NCBI GenBank assembly: GCA_937625935.1
Contig: OW569358.1
Span: 248,001-312,000, forward strand
Direction of reading: 5' to 3'
DNA from: Tetramitus jugosus
Lineage: Eukaryota; Protista; Heterolobosea
DNA length: 64,000 nucleotides
Both the position numbers and the translations under genes were made by a program. The notes below the pieces were generated by a model. The model worked only from the letters and a program-made list of their open reading frames with translations. It searched no databases and was not told where the DNA came from. Below, in pieces: positions 22,198 through 34,344 of the stretch (within the stretch, counting starts at the first letter, position 1; each line of letters opens with the position of its first letter).

Positions 22198-22945
22198 ATG
22201 ACACAACAACAACAACAGCTGTCAAGTAAGCGCAAGAATGATGACAACAATGGTGATAATGGTGATGAATATGATGATATCCATATCATTCTAGACATCA
22301 AAGAATTTGACAATACCAATCTCCTGTCATTCATTGATTCCTATTCCATTATTGTATGTGTGTGTCTATTTGTGTGTATATTTGTGTGTGTATGTGTGAG
22401 TGAACAACAACAACAACAAACCTAACTCAACAAGCAAACACATGAATATATTCATTCTAATCATCATCATCATCATCATCATCACATCACAGGGATTAGA
22501 CACTGAACGTCCAATTGTCAAAGTAGGTAATTTTGTATTTGAAGGAACATGGGATCAATATATGGGAACTGCCATGCTATTCAAACATGAACCATACTCG
22601 AGTGAATCAGAGAAGAACAACAAGACAACTACCAATGACAACAATCATCATCATCAAACAATCGTCATGAACAGCAGCAACAGCAACAGCAGTGCTAGCA
22701 GCAGTCGTAATCATGTGATCAACAATGATCATACATCTGCATCAACATCAACAACAACAACATCAACAGTATCAACAGTATCATCATCATCATCACCCTC
22801 TGTTCAATTACAATACGAGTTGAAGACGAGAAAAGTGTTGCGGTTGAGTCGAATTCTACTCAAACCCAATCAACAACAACAACAACAACAATCATCATCA
22901 TCATCACCACCAAGAACAACAACACTTGACTCCAGCAACAATTGA
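22198..22945 (+). CDS. GTF3C6: TFIIIC subunit 6 (GTF3C6/Tfc7 triple-barrel domain)-like; intron 22354-22492
   Basis: HIILDI..YSII|GLDTERPIVKVGNFVFEGTWDQYMGTAMLF, then KTRKVLRLSRI; GTATGT..CAG intron restores the frame. Confidence 0.75.
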
Positions 22946-23367
22946 ACTGTCGCACAATTCAGCTGTGCAATCGTCGTTGAGAAAAGTGGTTATTCATTCT
23001 CTGAAAGCTTGGCCAACACACGATTAGTAACACACACTCAAAGCATTCGAGTGCTTCATCAAGCAATGTCTCAATGGACAAGTGCATTGTTGTGCAAATG
23101 CATTTGAATCCCAACGTCTCAGAACAAGCATCATAAAACAAAAAGGAAGAAGAATAAGAATCAACATTTTTGATATCATTGCATTTGACTCTGTTTATTA
23201 TCATGGGTGGATATATATTGATATTGTGAAGAATGAATTGTTGTTATTTGAATCGAAGAGTAGTAGTAGTAGAAGTAGTAGTAGAAGTGACAGCTGCAGC
23301 ACGTACGTAGTATCCTTACTTGCCATGATACCACTTGTGATGCGCTCATGACATTTGTCACAATATA

Positions 23368-25986
23368 TTATACTTTGTTTGTAGTAGTCATACTTGTCGT
23401 AGTAGTAGAAGTAGTAGTAGTAGTAGTAGTAGTGGGGGTAGTAGTAGTAGTAGGAATGATGACATGTTTGGTGAGAATGGATTGAACAATGTGTGCCTTC
23501 TCACGTGCCCATCTCCTCTGTTTCAAGTACTGTGCAATGATTTGATCCTGTTGATGATAACCACGTGCATAGTCTTCCATTTTGGATACACTGAGTGGTG
23601 ATAGGTATTTCATGAGAGTCATCTTTGACAATTCGAGTAACTCTGTGGCATTCACTGTAAATACACTTGCTTGTCTATGAATGGCTTGACTCTCTTGTGT
23701 CAGTAACTGCAATTGATATTGAATGGAGGTGGAGGATGATGATGCATCACCATGGTTGTTGTTGTTGTTGTATAGCTCTGTATGGTGGTGGTGGTGGTGG
23801 TGGTGTTCATCAGATTGTATTACTGTTGTTGTTGTTGTTACTGTTGTTGTTGTTGTATTAGCGCCAATAGTAGTCTTGATAGTATCGGATGATGAGAATG
23901 GAGAGGAAGAATTGGAATTTCTCTTGTTGTTGATTCTTGATGGATGGGCTACTCCTGATGCGTCTTGCAATTGCCACATTTGTCTCTCGAGTCTCTGTTG
24001 TTGCAATATGACCAACTCTCCAAAGTATTCACCTTGTTTCAATCGAGCCAACTCTAGATATCGATTCATGGAATGATTCCTTGTGCTATTCTTGCATTTA
24101 TTCGTGGGAGTGGTCGAGTCATGATTGTGCTGGATATTGTTGGTACTGCTGTTATTATTGTTGTTGTTATTGTTGTTAAGACTGTTGCTTCTTGACCTTG
24201 TGTTGTTTGAAGTGGTAGTAGTAGTAGTCCTTGTATTCTGGTTAGTATTGTTGTTATTGTTAGTTTCAGTACTTCTATTGATTGTGGAGATGGGTACACG
24301 TTTCAATACAATGCACTCTCCTCTTCGAATAAAATACATGCAACCATTGCTCTTCTGATCTTGTTTCAATACTACCTTTCGTGTACCATAATGTACACTG
24401 TTCATTTGTTTCACCAATTCCAACATGGTTGACAGATTGTACTTCATTGTTGGTTGAGAGATGCCACTATTCGTCGAATGACGTACATTGTTATGTTGGC
24501 CAATACTATGATTACCATTGCTGCTAAGGCTACTCCCATGATTATTAATATTCGTATTACTATATTTCCCATGACGAGTGTTGTGATTGTCGTTGTGATT
24601 GTTCATGACAAACAAGGGAACAATGAGATTGTGCTTCAAGAAATGAATGCGATTGAGCATCTCAGTCTCATACACTGGTGCCACGTGTTCCATGTATATA
24701 CTGTGATCCAAGCATAGCATGATGGCATCATCTGAACTCACTCTCCACTCGCACAACACATTCTCATCATGATACAGAATATGATCCATGCAATCCTCTC
24801 CAAAGTAATCACCTGTTTCATTGTATTCGAACAAGACACTTGAATTGTTGTTGTTGTTGTTACTAGCATAACTGTGAGAGTGTCCATCTACGAGACTTGT
24901 GCGACTAACACTACGACTAGGATGACTTGTGGACATGCTGTTGTGTTTAATGTCATCATCAGCAATACTATGATCATCCAATGTCATTGCACTACTACTT
25001 CTATAAACTGCACCGTGATTGTGACCACTACTCCTACTACTATTATTACTATTATTGTTATTATTATGATTGTTACTACTGATATCAAGACTACTAGCAC
25101 TGCGGTTGTTGTTGCTACTACTACTACTACTACTGCTTTTACCACCACTTTTGACAATTGGTCTTGCCGTAGCAACAACACTTCCCTTCAACAGAATACA
25201 AAATGGATGGAGAGTAGAGTCTGGTTGATTGGTTCGAACGATGGCTCTTCTGGGCAAATGAACATACTTTGCATATTGACATATCACACTGGATGGAATC
25301 AAATGATGGCGATGATCATCACTGTCATTGTCTTGATGAGAATAGGAATACCATAGTGGACGATTGTTCATAATTGTATCATGGTCATCATTCAGAGCCT
25401 CTGTCGCACCACTATTGTCACTTGAAACACTGCTTCCATCCATCATGTTGTTGTTGTTGATGCTCGTGTTGGATATGATACGATTCATCACCGCTCCATA
25501 ATTCAGTGTTGTGGTGATTGTTGGTTGAGTGAGAGTTCGAGCTTCATTGGTGATACTTGTTGGTGATGGTGCATGTTGTTGTTCAAGTGTTTGTTGCTGT
25601 GATTGATGTTGTAATTGTTGTTGTTGTTGTTGATGTCTCTGTATGGTAGTAGTAGTAGTAGAACAAGAAGGGAGAGGTGGTGCTGGTGGCAGTATCAAAT
25701 GCGGGATGACTTTGTGAAACAATCGAAGTCTTCGAATCAGTGAACAGAACATGAAACGCATGTCATGTTCTGTTCTCTGTTCAGGTGACTTACTGAGCAA
25801 TACAAGCAACTCTAACCATTCTTTTCGACTGATACTCAATTGACTGAGAAGAGCCTTGTCCACAGTGATGGAAGAAGAAGCAGCTACATTGGTCAAACGA
25901 GAATTGAAACCGGTGGTGGGAGCTGTAGATACCTCACTGGCATCGGAGTAGTGAGAATGCGCCGCAAATTGAACCGTTTTTTTCAT
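23368..25986 (-). CDS. Cyclic-nucleotide-binding domain protein with low-complexity inserts
   Basis: LSKSPEQRT, FCILLKGSV..GDYFGE, VVLKQ..MYFIRRGEC..LKQGEYFGE..RQASV..ELLELSK. Confidence 0.75.
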   Translation of the reverse strand: MKKTVQFAAHSHYSDASEVSTAPTTGFNSRLTNVAASSSITVDKALLSQLSISRKEWLELLVLLSKSPEQRTEHDMRFMFCSLIRRLRLFHKVIPHLILPPAPPLPSCSTTTTTIQRHQQQQQQLQHQSQQQTLEQQHAPSPTSITNEARTLTQPTITTTLNYGAVMNRIISNTSINNNNMMDGSSVSSDNSGATEALNDDHDTIMNNRPLWYSYSHQDNDSDDHRHHLIPSSVICQYAKYVHLPRRAIVRTNQPDSTLHPFCILLKGSVVATARPIVKSGGKSSSSSSSSNNNRSASSLDISSNNHNNNNNSNNSSRSSGHNHGAVYRSSSAMTLDDHSIADDDIKHNSMSTSHPSRSVSRTSLVDGHSHSYASNNNNNNSSVLFEYNETGDYFGEDCMDHILYHDENVLCEWRVSSDDAIMLCLDHSIYMEHVAPVYETEMLNRIHFLKHNLIVPLFVMNNHNDNHNTRHGKYSNTNINNHGSSLSSNGNHSIGQHNNVRHSTNSGISQPTMKYNLSTMLELVKQMNSVHYGTRKVVLKQDQKSNGCMYFIRRGECIVLKRVPISTINRSTETNNNNNTNQNTRTTTTTTSNNTRSRSNSLNNNNNNNNNSSTNNIQHNHDSTTPTNKCKNSTRNHSMNRYLELARLKQGEYFGELVILQQQRLERQMWQLQDASGVAHPSRINNKRNSNSSSPFSSSDTIKTTIGANTTTTTVTTTTTVIQSDEHHHHHHHHTELYNNNNNHGDASSSSTSIQYQLQLLTQESQAIHRQASVFTVNATELLELSKMTLMKYLSPLSVSKMEDYARGYHQQDQIIAQYLKQRRWAREKAHIVQSILTKHVIIPTTTTTPTTTTTTTTSTTTTSMTTTNKV

Positions 25987-26052
25987 GTCTTGTTTTGAAT
26001 CAACGAGTAAAAGTAACAATTGAAAGTGATATGAAGGTAGCAAAATATTTAT

Positions 26053-26304
26053 TTACTTCTTTGCAGCAATTCTTTCTTGTTGTGCTTCCTTGGCGGCCTT
26101 GATGGCTTGTTGTCCTTGGATAGAGTTCAACTTAGTTCTGGATGGGTCAGTACCAGCCTTGATGGATCCGTATCTCTTGTTGAAGATGAATCTCTTGTGT
26201 GCTCTACCAGTCAACTTCTTTCCTTCCTTCTTGACCTTCTCAACCTTTGGGGTTTGAGACTTAACTTTACCGGCTCTTGCCAAACTTCCGTGAACTTTTC
26301 CCAT
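26053..26304 (-). CDS. RPS30: 40S ribosomal protein S30 (eS30), not fused to a ubiquitin-like domain
   Basis: [34 protein letters not shown]. Confidence 0.97.
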   Translation of the reverse strand: MGKVHGSLARAGKVKSQTPKVEKVKKEGKKLTGRAHKRFIFNKRYGSIKAGTDPSRTKLNSIQGQQAIKAAKEAQQERIAAKK

Positions 26305-26646
26305 GTTTATGTGTTATGCGTTTTTGACGTTGTTTTGTTTTTTTTCTGAAATTGTTCGTTTGTCAATTTTTCTGGTATATCTGGTTGACCGAGTTCGTTG
26401 AACTTCAATTTCGAGACGGGTGTAAAACTGGGAATTGAGGAAGACAGAATCAAGTCGGCTGCTCCTCGCTCTTGTCATGATTGTTGTAGTAGAACCTTTT
26501 CATGCCAACAGTTTCTGTCATCTTTGTTGGGGATAACATGTTGATCCTTCTGCTTATGAAACAATGTGGAGTATTACTTTTTGTGAGAGAATTAACGGAG
26601 AAACTGACAGAAATACAACAGCATTTTACTCATACAAGATGCATCA

Positions 26647-28594
26647 TTACCAGAAGCACACCATAAATATAACTGACAGCAGAGCAACTCCAAATTGAAT
26701 TTTGTAACTCATGCCGTACATTCGAGGTGCAGAGGCAACCCAGCCCTTCTTCACATTAATGCTGGCTCTTTGACCTCTGTTGGAGAAATTGTTATTTCTT
26801 GTGCTGTAGTAGTGGAAAGTACCTGTTGCATGTAGTCTCACAAGGCCTCCATCAAAGTATGGTGTGCTAGCCTTGTTCAATTTTGCACAATTCTGACGAT
26901 CAGTCTCGGCAGCATTCTGGTTGTTATTATTCTTCAGCAGCAACTCTTGCCAGTTGAGACAACGAGTGACATTGGAAGTGTCCTTCAAGTCTTGGCCAAT
27001 AAAAGCAAATTTTTCAGCCAAAGCAAAGTCAACTTTGCCTTTCTGATTCACAAACATTGTGTTCCATCGAGCTGGGCGAGGCAGCGACTTGCCTGGATAA
27101 TCCAATTGAACAATATTGGATCGATCAGAACGAAGTTGATCATCCACTGGGTCTCTAGGTCCTCCTTCACCATCATTGGGATTACGAGCAGGGTTATAGT
27201 CACTTCCCGTCCATTGCCAATGAACGAGATCAGCAGCATCAATGGTTAATTGAGTAGGAGAAAAATCGTATTCAACAGCAGGATAGACCTGAACAATATT
27301 GCCTCTCTTTCCTCGGACACCGATATTGTGAATCTTCACCCAACTCTTAATATTGGAAGGCCTCTTCTTGATAAGGAAAACATACGATCGATCCTGGAAG
27401 GTTCTTCCATGTTGATTGGTATTAATGGCAAAACTGAGATTACTTGAATATCCAAACTCTTGGAATGGATCCTGAATGACTGGTGAGTTGGTCTTTCCAT
27501 TTTTTGTTGAGTCCACTGAAAAGTTAATATCAGTTGCCGAGATGTTGTATCTCAATCTAAGTACACACGATCTATCAACAACATCATCAGGAATAGTCCA
27601 TTTGTAGGAGGCCATCTGACCAGTGATCGAACTGCCCAAGTGGTTGTCCCTTGATGCAAGTCCTGCAGTTGAAAGACACTCTGGTGGTGACATACGATAG
27701 GCTCCTCTTTCAACCCAAGTACCTTCGCCACTACTCGCACAAGACCTTGGATTATTGTACTTCAAAATGACGGATGAATCCGCATTGCTTACACACTCAC
27801 CCTTGTTCTTAACATTTTGAGACTCCTGCTGATAATATTTGCACATTGTCATATTGTTGGTGAAGATAGCAATGTCTCTCCAAGGAGTTGGATGCCAATA
27901 GGGATAATAATCTCTCTCTTCAGGACATTCAAATCCGTTTCTGTTGCCATTTGGATTTTGTCTTGTTTGAGTGGCCGGAGAAGTTTGAAGCAATGTACCA
28001 GGATTTTCTTCACGTTGATCAGCAATCCATAGATCTACATTTCTTGTTCTCTTTTTACAATTTTGGTAGTAGCCCACTGTTTCATGCTGTCCTCTGTTGA
28101 GATTATCTGGATCCGACTCCTCAATGGTATTGGTTGCTGCATCGTTAGCATTTTGTGGTTGTCCATCTCTCAAACCAGGAGCAGTATCGTTGCACATGTA
28201 TTGGAGAACGATTTGGCAATCATTATTGGTTACGCCACAAGAGTGCTGAGCAGTCCATTCAACAGTTAACACACTACCAGTGTAATAGTACATTGTAGGT
28301 GTTACAACCTCAGGACCTCCAACTGCCCTTGGACAAGCATAACCTCCCTTACCATTGTTCTGAGAATCGAATAAACGATTCGCATTGTTTCTGTTTTCAT
28401 TCCTCTCACAGTTTCGATTGTTGCTTCCTCTGAATGTGTCCGTGGATGTGTGAGAACGAATGTGCTTGAAATGATTCAAAGAGAATTCCAGAGACCACAT
28501 ACCTCGGAGAGTGCATATAAACATCAGCACTAACATGTCCTAATAAAGCAATACAAATTGCCACAATAAAAAACTGATAAACAAAAATCTTCAT
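26647..28594 (-). CDS. DD3-3-like secreted/surface protein; intron 28430-28502
   Basis: Signal peptide then DVYMHSPR|GSNNR..NANRLFDSQNN.KGGY, EWTAQH, ECPEERDYYPYWHPTPW, GRTFQDRS, RGKRGNIVQVYPAVEYDF, TRNNNFSNR; C-terminal hydrophobic anchor. Confidence 0.85.
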
Positions 28595-28835
28595 TTCTTT
28601 GATAATATTGTTGATGAGATAAGTTGGATGAATGAGATATTTTGTCCATGCTGGATATAATGGTCGGCCGACTGTAGTTTGAAAATATCCGCTCCTCGCT
28701 TACGATAAACTATCAAACAGTACAGCAGGTGATCCGAATCCACAAAAGTAGTCAATGTGCCTTTTTCCTTTTAGTGTCTTCTAGTGCTTCTTCCGATATA
28801 CACAAGTTCCAATCAGACAATAGAGACACAAGCGT

Positions 28836-30694
28836 TTATTGCTTGGCGCTATCCAAATAACTTCGCTCTTTCAGTTCCTTGTCAGCAGCTTTGATCATGG
28901 CACGTAAGTAGACATCCAAGGTACATTGTCTCAATTGTATGAAGAATGCATGAGCCATAAACGGTAGTTTGCGCAATGATCGACCACTAAACCCATCACA
29001 CTTGTTACACAATTGTTTGAAGAGTGACAAACAGAGTTGAGTTGTTTGTTGTTGACCATTATCACCACCACCATTGCTACTGCCACGAGAGGTATTCTGT
29101 TCATCAACATCATCATCATTGATCATCATCATTGCCTCAAAAGTCAATTGATCCAACAATAGTGAAGAACCTCTCGTTGTTGTAGTAATCAAATTGACTC
29201 TCATGAGTTCAGTGAGACATGATTTGATAATGTGAAATCGTGCCTTGATACCCGGTGGTCCAATATACTGTTTCAAATCAGCTCTGTCCACAAATGCAAT
29301 ATCAATTGCACCCGTAATGTTGGATGTAGTCAATATGAGAACGTTGCGATATCGTTTCAACTGATCCAACTGTGTGAGGACAGCATTTACCACACGTATC
29401 GAGTCTGATGGCTCTGTTCCGTTGAGAGCAGATTGACGTGCAGCCGTCAAGCTCTCCACTTCATCAATCAACACACAGACAAACGCATCTTCATCCTGTA
29501 CCATTTGCTGTACGTGTTGAAACAGTTTGAACACTAGTTTGCCACTCTCTGAGAACCACTTGCTAAATAGACTGTGAGTATTGATTTCAATCAATTGCCC
29601 ATGAGAGTACATGTGATTATGGCTCTGATGATGATTGCTATTGCTGCTACTGCACAAGTGAATGGACAATTTCTGTGCCAATGCCTTACACAGCGAAGTC
29701 TTTATTACGAGTGAGTGAGTGAATGAGTGAATGAATGAGTGAGTGAGTGGACTCAGAAGATGCCGTTATTGAACAACTACTACAACAAAAGACACACAAA
29801 CACACACACACGTGTAGAGATGGATAGTACAAACCTTGCCTGTGCCTGGTGGACCATGCAACAGCATGACTCTGTTCCATGAGATGAGGTGAGTGTTGAT
29901 TTTAGAGTCGGAGAACAGCATGGCACTCGACGCATAATTCAACAAATTGTACTTGGTTTCACTGTCGTCGAACATGAGACTGTCCCACGTGTCCACAAAT
30001 CGAACACTTGGTAAAATGTATTGTCTGCATGCTGATATCTGTTCTTGCTCATCAATGACAATCTCTTCTACATCGTCTTCATCAATATTATTCTCCATCA
30101 TCATATCATTATTGTTATTATTGTGCATGGTTGTTGTTGTTGTGTCATTGTCATCATGCAACTGAAACACAAATATTTTTAATTGTGCTTGCCAATACAA
30201 TACACTGTCATGCATCACAGTGTCAATATAAATGTACTTGACATGTTGATGAATGAGTTCATTGTGATTCATCATTGCTTCATCTTCTTCATCATGCGCA
30301 TTATCATGAACACGAGCAGTAGCAGTGGTAGTAGTATTTGTGTCCATGTTTGTTGTTGTTGTTGTTGTATGGTGGTGCGCTGAGAATAAATAACCAGTCT
30401 TGTAAATCATTTGTTTGGATTGTAGATGTTGTCTAATGCTGGATTCGATGATGGATGGTTTACAAGTACTTGTGAGCCTTACACATACTTCCACTATACA
30501 AGTGCGTATCCATCATTTTGATTAATATTATAAATTATGAATATTATTATTATCATAATTCATATGATATAGAAAAGGGACGTGTGTGAGTGGTTGCAAT
30601 AGGTTGAGTGGAGGATGGAGAACATGTTCGACATACCATGGACATCAATCTGCTCATCGGGTAATGTTGTTTGTTGACTCTCTTGTTGGAACAT
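28836..30694 (-). CDS. PCH2: Pachytene checkpoint protein 2 / TRIP13 AAA+ ATPase; introns 30494-30636 and 29700-29834
   Basis: DVH|VEVC; ISWNRVMLLHGPPGTGK|TSLCKALAQKL; EINTHSLFSKWFSESGKLV; LIDEVESL; EPSDSIRVVNAVLTQLD; AFVDRAD; GFSGRSLRKLPF. Confidence 0.95.
29709..29748 (+). repeat. (GAGT/GAAT)n tetranucleotide microsatellite inside the PCH2 intron
   Basis: gagtgagtgagtgaatgagtgaatgaatgagtgagtgagt. Confidence 0.8.
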
Positions 30695-30812
30695 ATTTAT
30701 TGTTATTCGCACTGTGTGAGATTGCTATTGTTTTTTGTATTGTTGTTGAGAGAAGCTGCGCAAACACAGAGAATTTGGCGCCAAAAAATGTTCCAATATG
30801 GGCTGGAACAAA

Positions 30813-31754
30813 TTACAGTCTGCTGTGGGGTGTTGGGTGGAGAATGGAGATGAGAGCGTTACGATTCTTTCCACCACTCGAACTGGGTTTCCATCCCTTC
30901 TTCTTGACCATTTCTGCTGTTGATTTCAACTGAGAGTACCACTTGACTGGCGATTGACTCATAACCATGTTGATCACAAACTTTGGTATGGATCCCATTG
31001 GATCATGAGTCGATAGAACAAACAAGTGACATCCATTGATTGATTGGTCTCGGATGATCAAATAAGCATGCAATGGAGTCAATGTTCTCACAAATTGACG
31101 ACCACTCTTGTCAATGGGGCATGATTCATGCTCTGTCGTCTTACAAATCACAGTGTACTCTACATTGGACCATTCATCATTGCTATTACTACTGCCATCC
31201 TGATTATGAATATTATTATTATTATTGTGATTACAATTGTGTGCCGAAATGACACGCAGTAAACAAGAGTCTCTATTCTTCACAGGGAATGGCATCTTTA
31301 ACTGAGTGTAAATAATGTCAGATGTAACCGTAGTATTCTCATTCTCACTCGTAACAGATGACAATTGTTCAATCTGTTTCACTTGAATATAGATGGGATC
31401 CCAATACTTTCGAATGGTCAAATCACATGCCAAATCATAAATCAATTCTGACTCGATATTCTCAAATGTCATGTATGCCTTGAATGTGAAAATATTTTGA
31501 TTGGGTTGTCTGTACACTCGTAAATAATGTTTTGGATCGTTGTCATAAACAGTGGACCATGTCTGTTGATCACCAGAGCCAGAACTCTCATTACTATTAT
31601 TATTCTTAGTATTACTACTACGCTGATGAGATTGGTGTCTCTTGTATTCTTTGATCACATGTTCGAAATCAATGTTGTGAATAAGAGTCTCTCCATATCG
31701 ATACTCGATGCTCTTACCACAACCAGAATGAGAATCTGTAATCTTTGTTTCCAT
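30813..31754 (-). CDS. START lipid-binding domain protein (PCTP-like)
   Basis: RKYWD, IIYTQLKMPFPVKNRD, HESCP..FVR, HDPMGSIPKFVIN. Confidence 0.85.
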   Translation of the reverse strand: METKITDSHSGCGKSIEYRYGETLIHNIDFEHVIKEYKRHQSHQRSSNTKNNNSNESSGSGDQQTWSTVYDNDPKHYLRVYRQPNQNIFTFKAYMTFENIESELIYDLACDLTIRKYWDPIYIQVKQIEQLSSVTSENENTTVTSDIIYTQLKMPFPVKNRDSCLLRVISAHNCNHNNNNNIHNQDGSSNSNDEWSNVEYTVICKTTEHESCPIDKSGRQFVRTLTPLHAYLIIRDQSINGCHLFVLSTHDPMGSIPKFVINMVMSQSPVKWYSQLKSTAEMVKKKGWKPSSSGGKNRNALISILHPTPHSRL

Positions 31755-32073
31755 CTGATTGTTGTGCCAGCGGAGATTCTGAGATTTTTGAGTTGGCGGC
31801 TTGTAACCTACTTACTTTCGGAGTGTTCCTTCCAGTCTGGAATTTCGCATGTTGGGTTCTCGAGTGCCTGTGGAGGAATCATCGTGCGTCCATTTCATTT
31901 ACATTTTTCAAACCAACCACACATAAACACGTCTGTTATCACACGTTTCACAGTTTCGCTCCCGGAATTTCGAGAAGACATTGCACTGGAAAAGAAACAA
32001 CACCAAACAGAAAAAAAGCGTGTGAAAAAAAACAAAGCAACAACTACTCCCAACACCAACAACACATCAAATC

Positions 32074-34163
32074 ATGACAAGGAATACAACAAAGGTGTTG
32101 ACCACTTTTTTGGTTGTCTTCTTGATGTCTCTCATTGCAACAATAGTAGTCAATGCCGAGGGATTAGATGACATTTTCCACCACCAACAATATCACGAAG
32201 ACTTTTCAATGACGGGTTTCAAACTAGCACCTGTTACTGTCAGTAACATTACATGGTATGATTGTCCATTGTACAGCACAAATCCAACCCCAGTCTATGA
32301 GAACAGCACACAAGGTTTGTACAATTCTTTTATTATCACTACTACTACTACGACTCTGTCCACACGAACAAGAACTAACAACAACAACAACTTGTAATAA
32401 AAATACATTTAGGTCACATGGAGATTCCTATGGCAGAGTGCGCCAATGTACCACTCCCACTCGACTATACCGTTGCCTCTGCTGACTCGACCAAGATTTT
32501 TGTCTTTGTCAAGAGACTGAGAGCACCAACAACAACAACAACATCCACCTACAATAACATGAAAAGCAACAGCAACAGCAACAAAAACAACAAGAGAAGA
32601 GCACTGTGGTTCCTCACTGGTAACCCAGGTGTCATGCACTATGAAAACATTATCAAACAAATTAGAAACACTACTCATTCACTGTTTGCTCAATATGATT
32701 TCTATACCATGGATCACAGAGGATTGGGCAACAGTCATCGATTGGGCTGCCCCATCAATCAAGCAGAGTCCACTGGAAGTGAAGGTGGAGTCACCATTAC
32801 AGACAATGAAATGAAGTTGTGCTCTCAATCACTCAACACGATTTATCAGAACAGAATTGACTTGTTCTCACCAAGCATTGCATCACTTGATCTTGCATCA
32901 GTGTTGATGGCATTGAATGATGAGTATGAGTCGACTCATGTGACTGCATTGGCCTATGGCACACTGTGGCTCTCTCGTTTCCTCCAAGTCATTCCCCATC
33001 ACTCTCAACTGATTCAATCAGCAGTCATGGACAGTGTCATGAGCAGCAGCAGTGGTAATCCAGCTGAGCCAGACAATGGAAAGAGAAGCATGTTGACCAA
33101 TTGGGACACTGATATCAACTCTGTTGGATTGCACATGCTCACCCAATACTGCAACAATCAAACTGTGTGCTACAAAAAGTTGAACAAGGACCCTGTTCAC
33201 TTTTTGTACTCCACATTTGAATCACTGTTCCAGAATCACACATGCACCAAGATGACTGGCGATGTCAAGAATAAGAAGAATAATAATGTTGTGACTGAGA
33301 ATGAGTTGCGTAAATTGTTGGGATCATTGATGCTCAGAGAACAAACCAGAGAATTGGTGCCAGCAGTCTTGTATCGATTGAATCGATGTGACCCTGATGT
33401 CGATATCCCTACACTGCAACACTTGTTCCAATTCTTCCGATCCAAGCAAAACAATCATTCATTGCCTGTTGGATTCAGTGTGGTTTGGGAGGATTTGATC
33501 TCCTTCTCCGAATTGTTCCCACGTGATCTCTCTCTCGCAAATGTCAATGTTGTTGTAGAGCAGTACAATAAGACATTGATGGGCACGGGTCAATCAGTGT
33601 CCTTGGCCACTACTCTCTCCACTTCTCACTTCCCCATCTATCAACCAGATGAGTACTTTAACAAGGCTCCCAAGCCACAGATTCCAGTCTTGTTGTTGAA
33701 TGGTGACCTCGATGCAGAGACACCACTCAAGTACGCACAACAACAAGCAGTCAACATGGGTGCACCTGCCAATGTTCGTCTCATTGAAGTGCCATACTCG
33801 TCTCATTTGACCATTCTGAACTCTCATCAGCACAACTCGAGTGTGACATGTGGTATGGAAATGATGGCCTCCTTCTTGAACAATGATGGTCAATTCCCTT
33901 CTGTGGACACGAGTTGTCTCTCTCGTCTCATTGCACCAAGCTTTACTGGCAACAGTGATATGGACATGTTGTTCTTTGGTGTGGCCGATATTTATGAGGA
34001 TGCCTATGAAGCACCAGAGGTTGAGAAACAAGTCAATCTCTACTTGTTTATTGGTGTTGAGGCTGGTACCGTTGTTGCTTCCATTATCATCATCTGTTGC
34101 CTCATTTACTACATTGTCCAACTCAAGGACAAGTCTTCTGAATATGAAGAGATTGAAGAGTAA
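32074..34163 (+). CDS. Type I membrane alpha/beta-hydrolase (S33/TAP-like); intron 32315-32412; nucleophile Ser apparently replaced by Ala
   Basis: Signal peptide, AECANVPLPLDY, LWFLTGNPG, MDHRGLG, ALAYGT in place of GxSYGT, LLLNGDLDAETP, SSH, C-terminal TM helix. Confidence 0.85.
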
Positions 34164-34344
34164 TGTGAACTTTCTCTCAGAAGCTATACAATACTAATAC
34201 ATTCAAATATAAAAATCTAACTTTACAGTGTAACGGCAATTTGTGAATGGCGCCAAACAGTTTTTGATTTTTTTGTTTCTGTTCGTGACCTGAATTGTGG
34301 AGCCAAGAGCTTCAACTATTACTCGCTGATGAACGATTGGATCA

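Noticed and set aside
22198-22945. Functional link between the TFIIIC subunit gene and the tRNA-targeted elements
   Set aside because: About 29 kb apart among unrelated housekeeping genes; no reason to infer linkage.
12360-25700. Many antisense and alternate-frame ORFs rich in V/L/C/M, and CAA/AAC/CAT triplet runs
   Set aside because: Shadows of poly-N/Q/T/S/H coding tracts in real genes; not independent genes or repeat elements.
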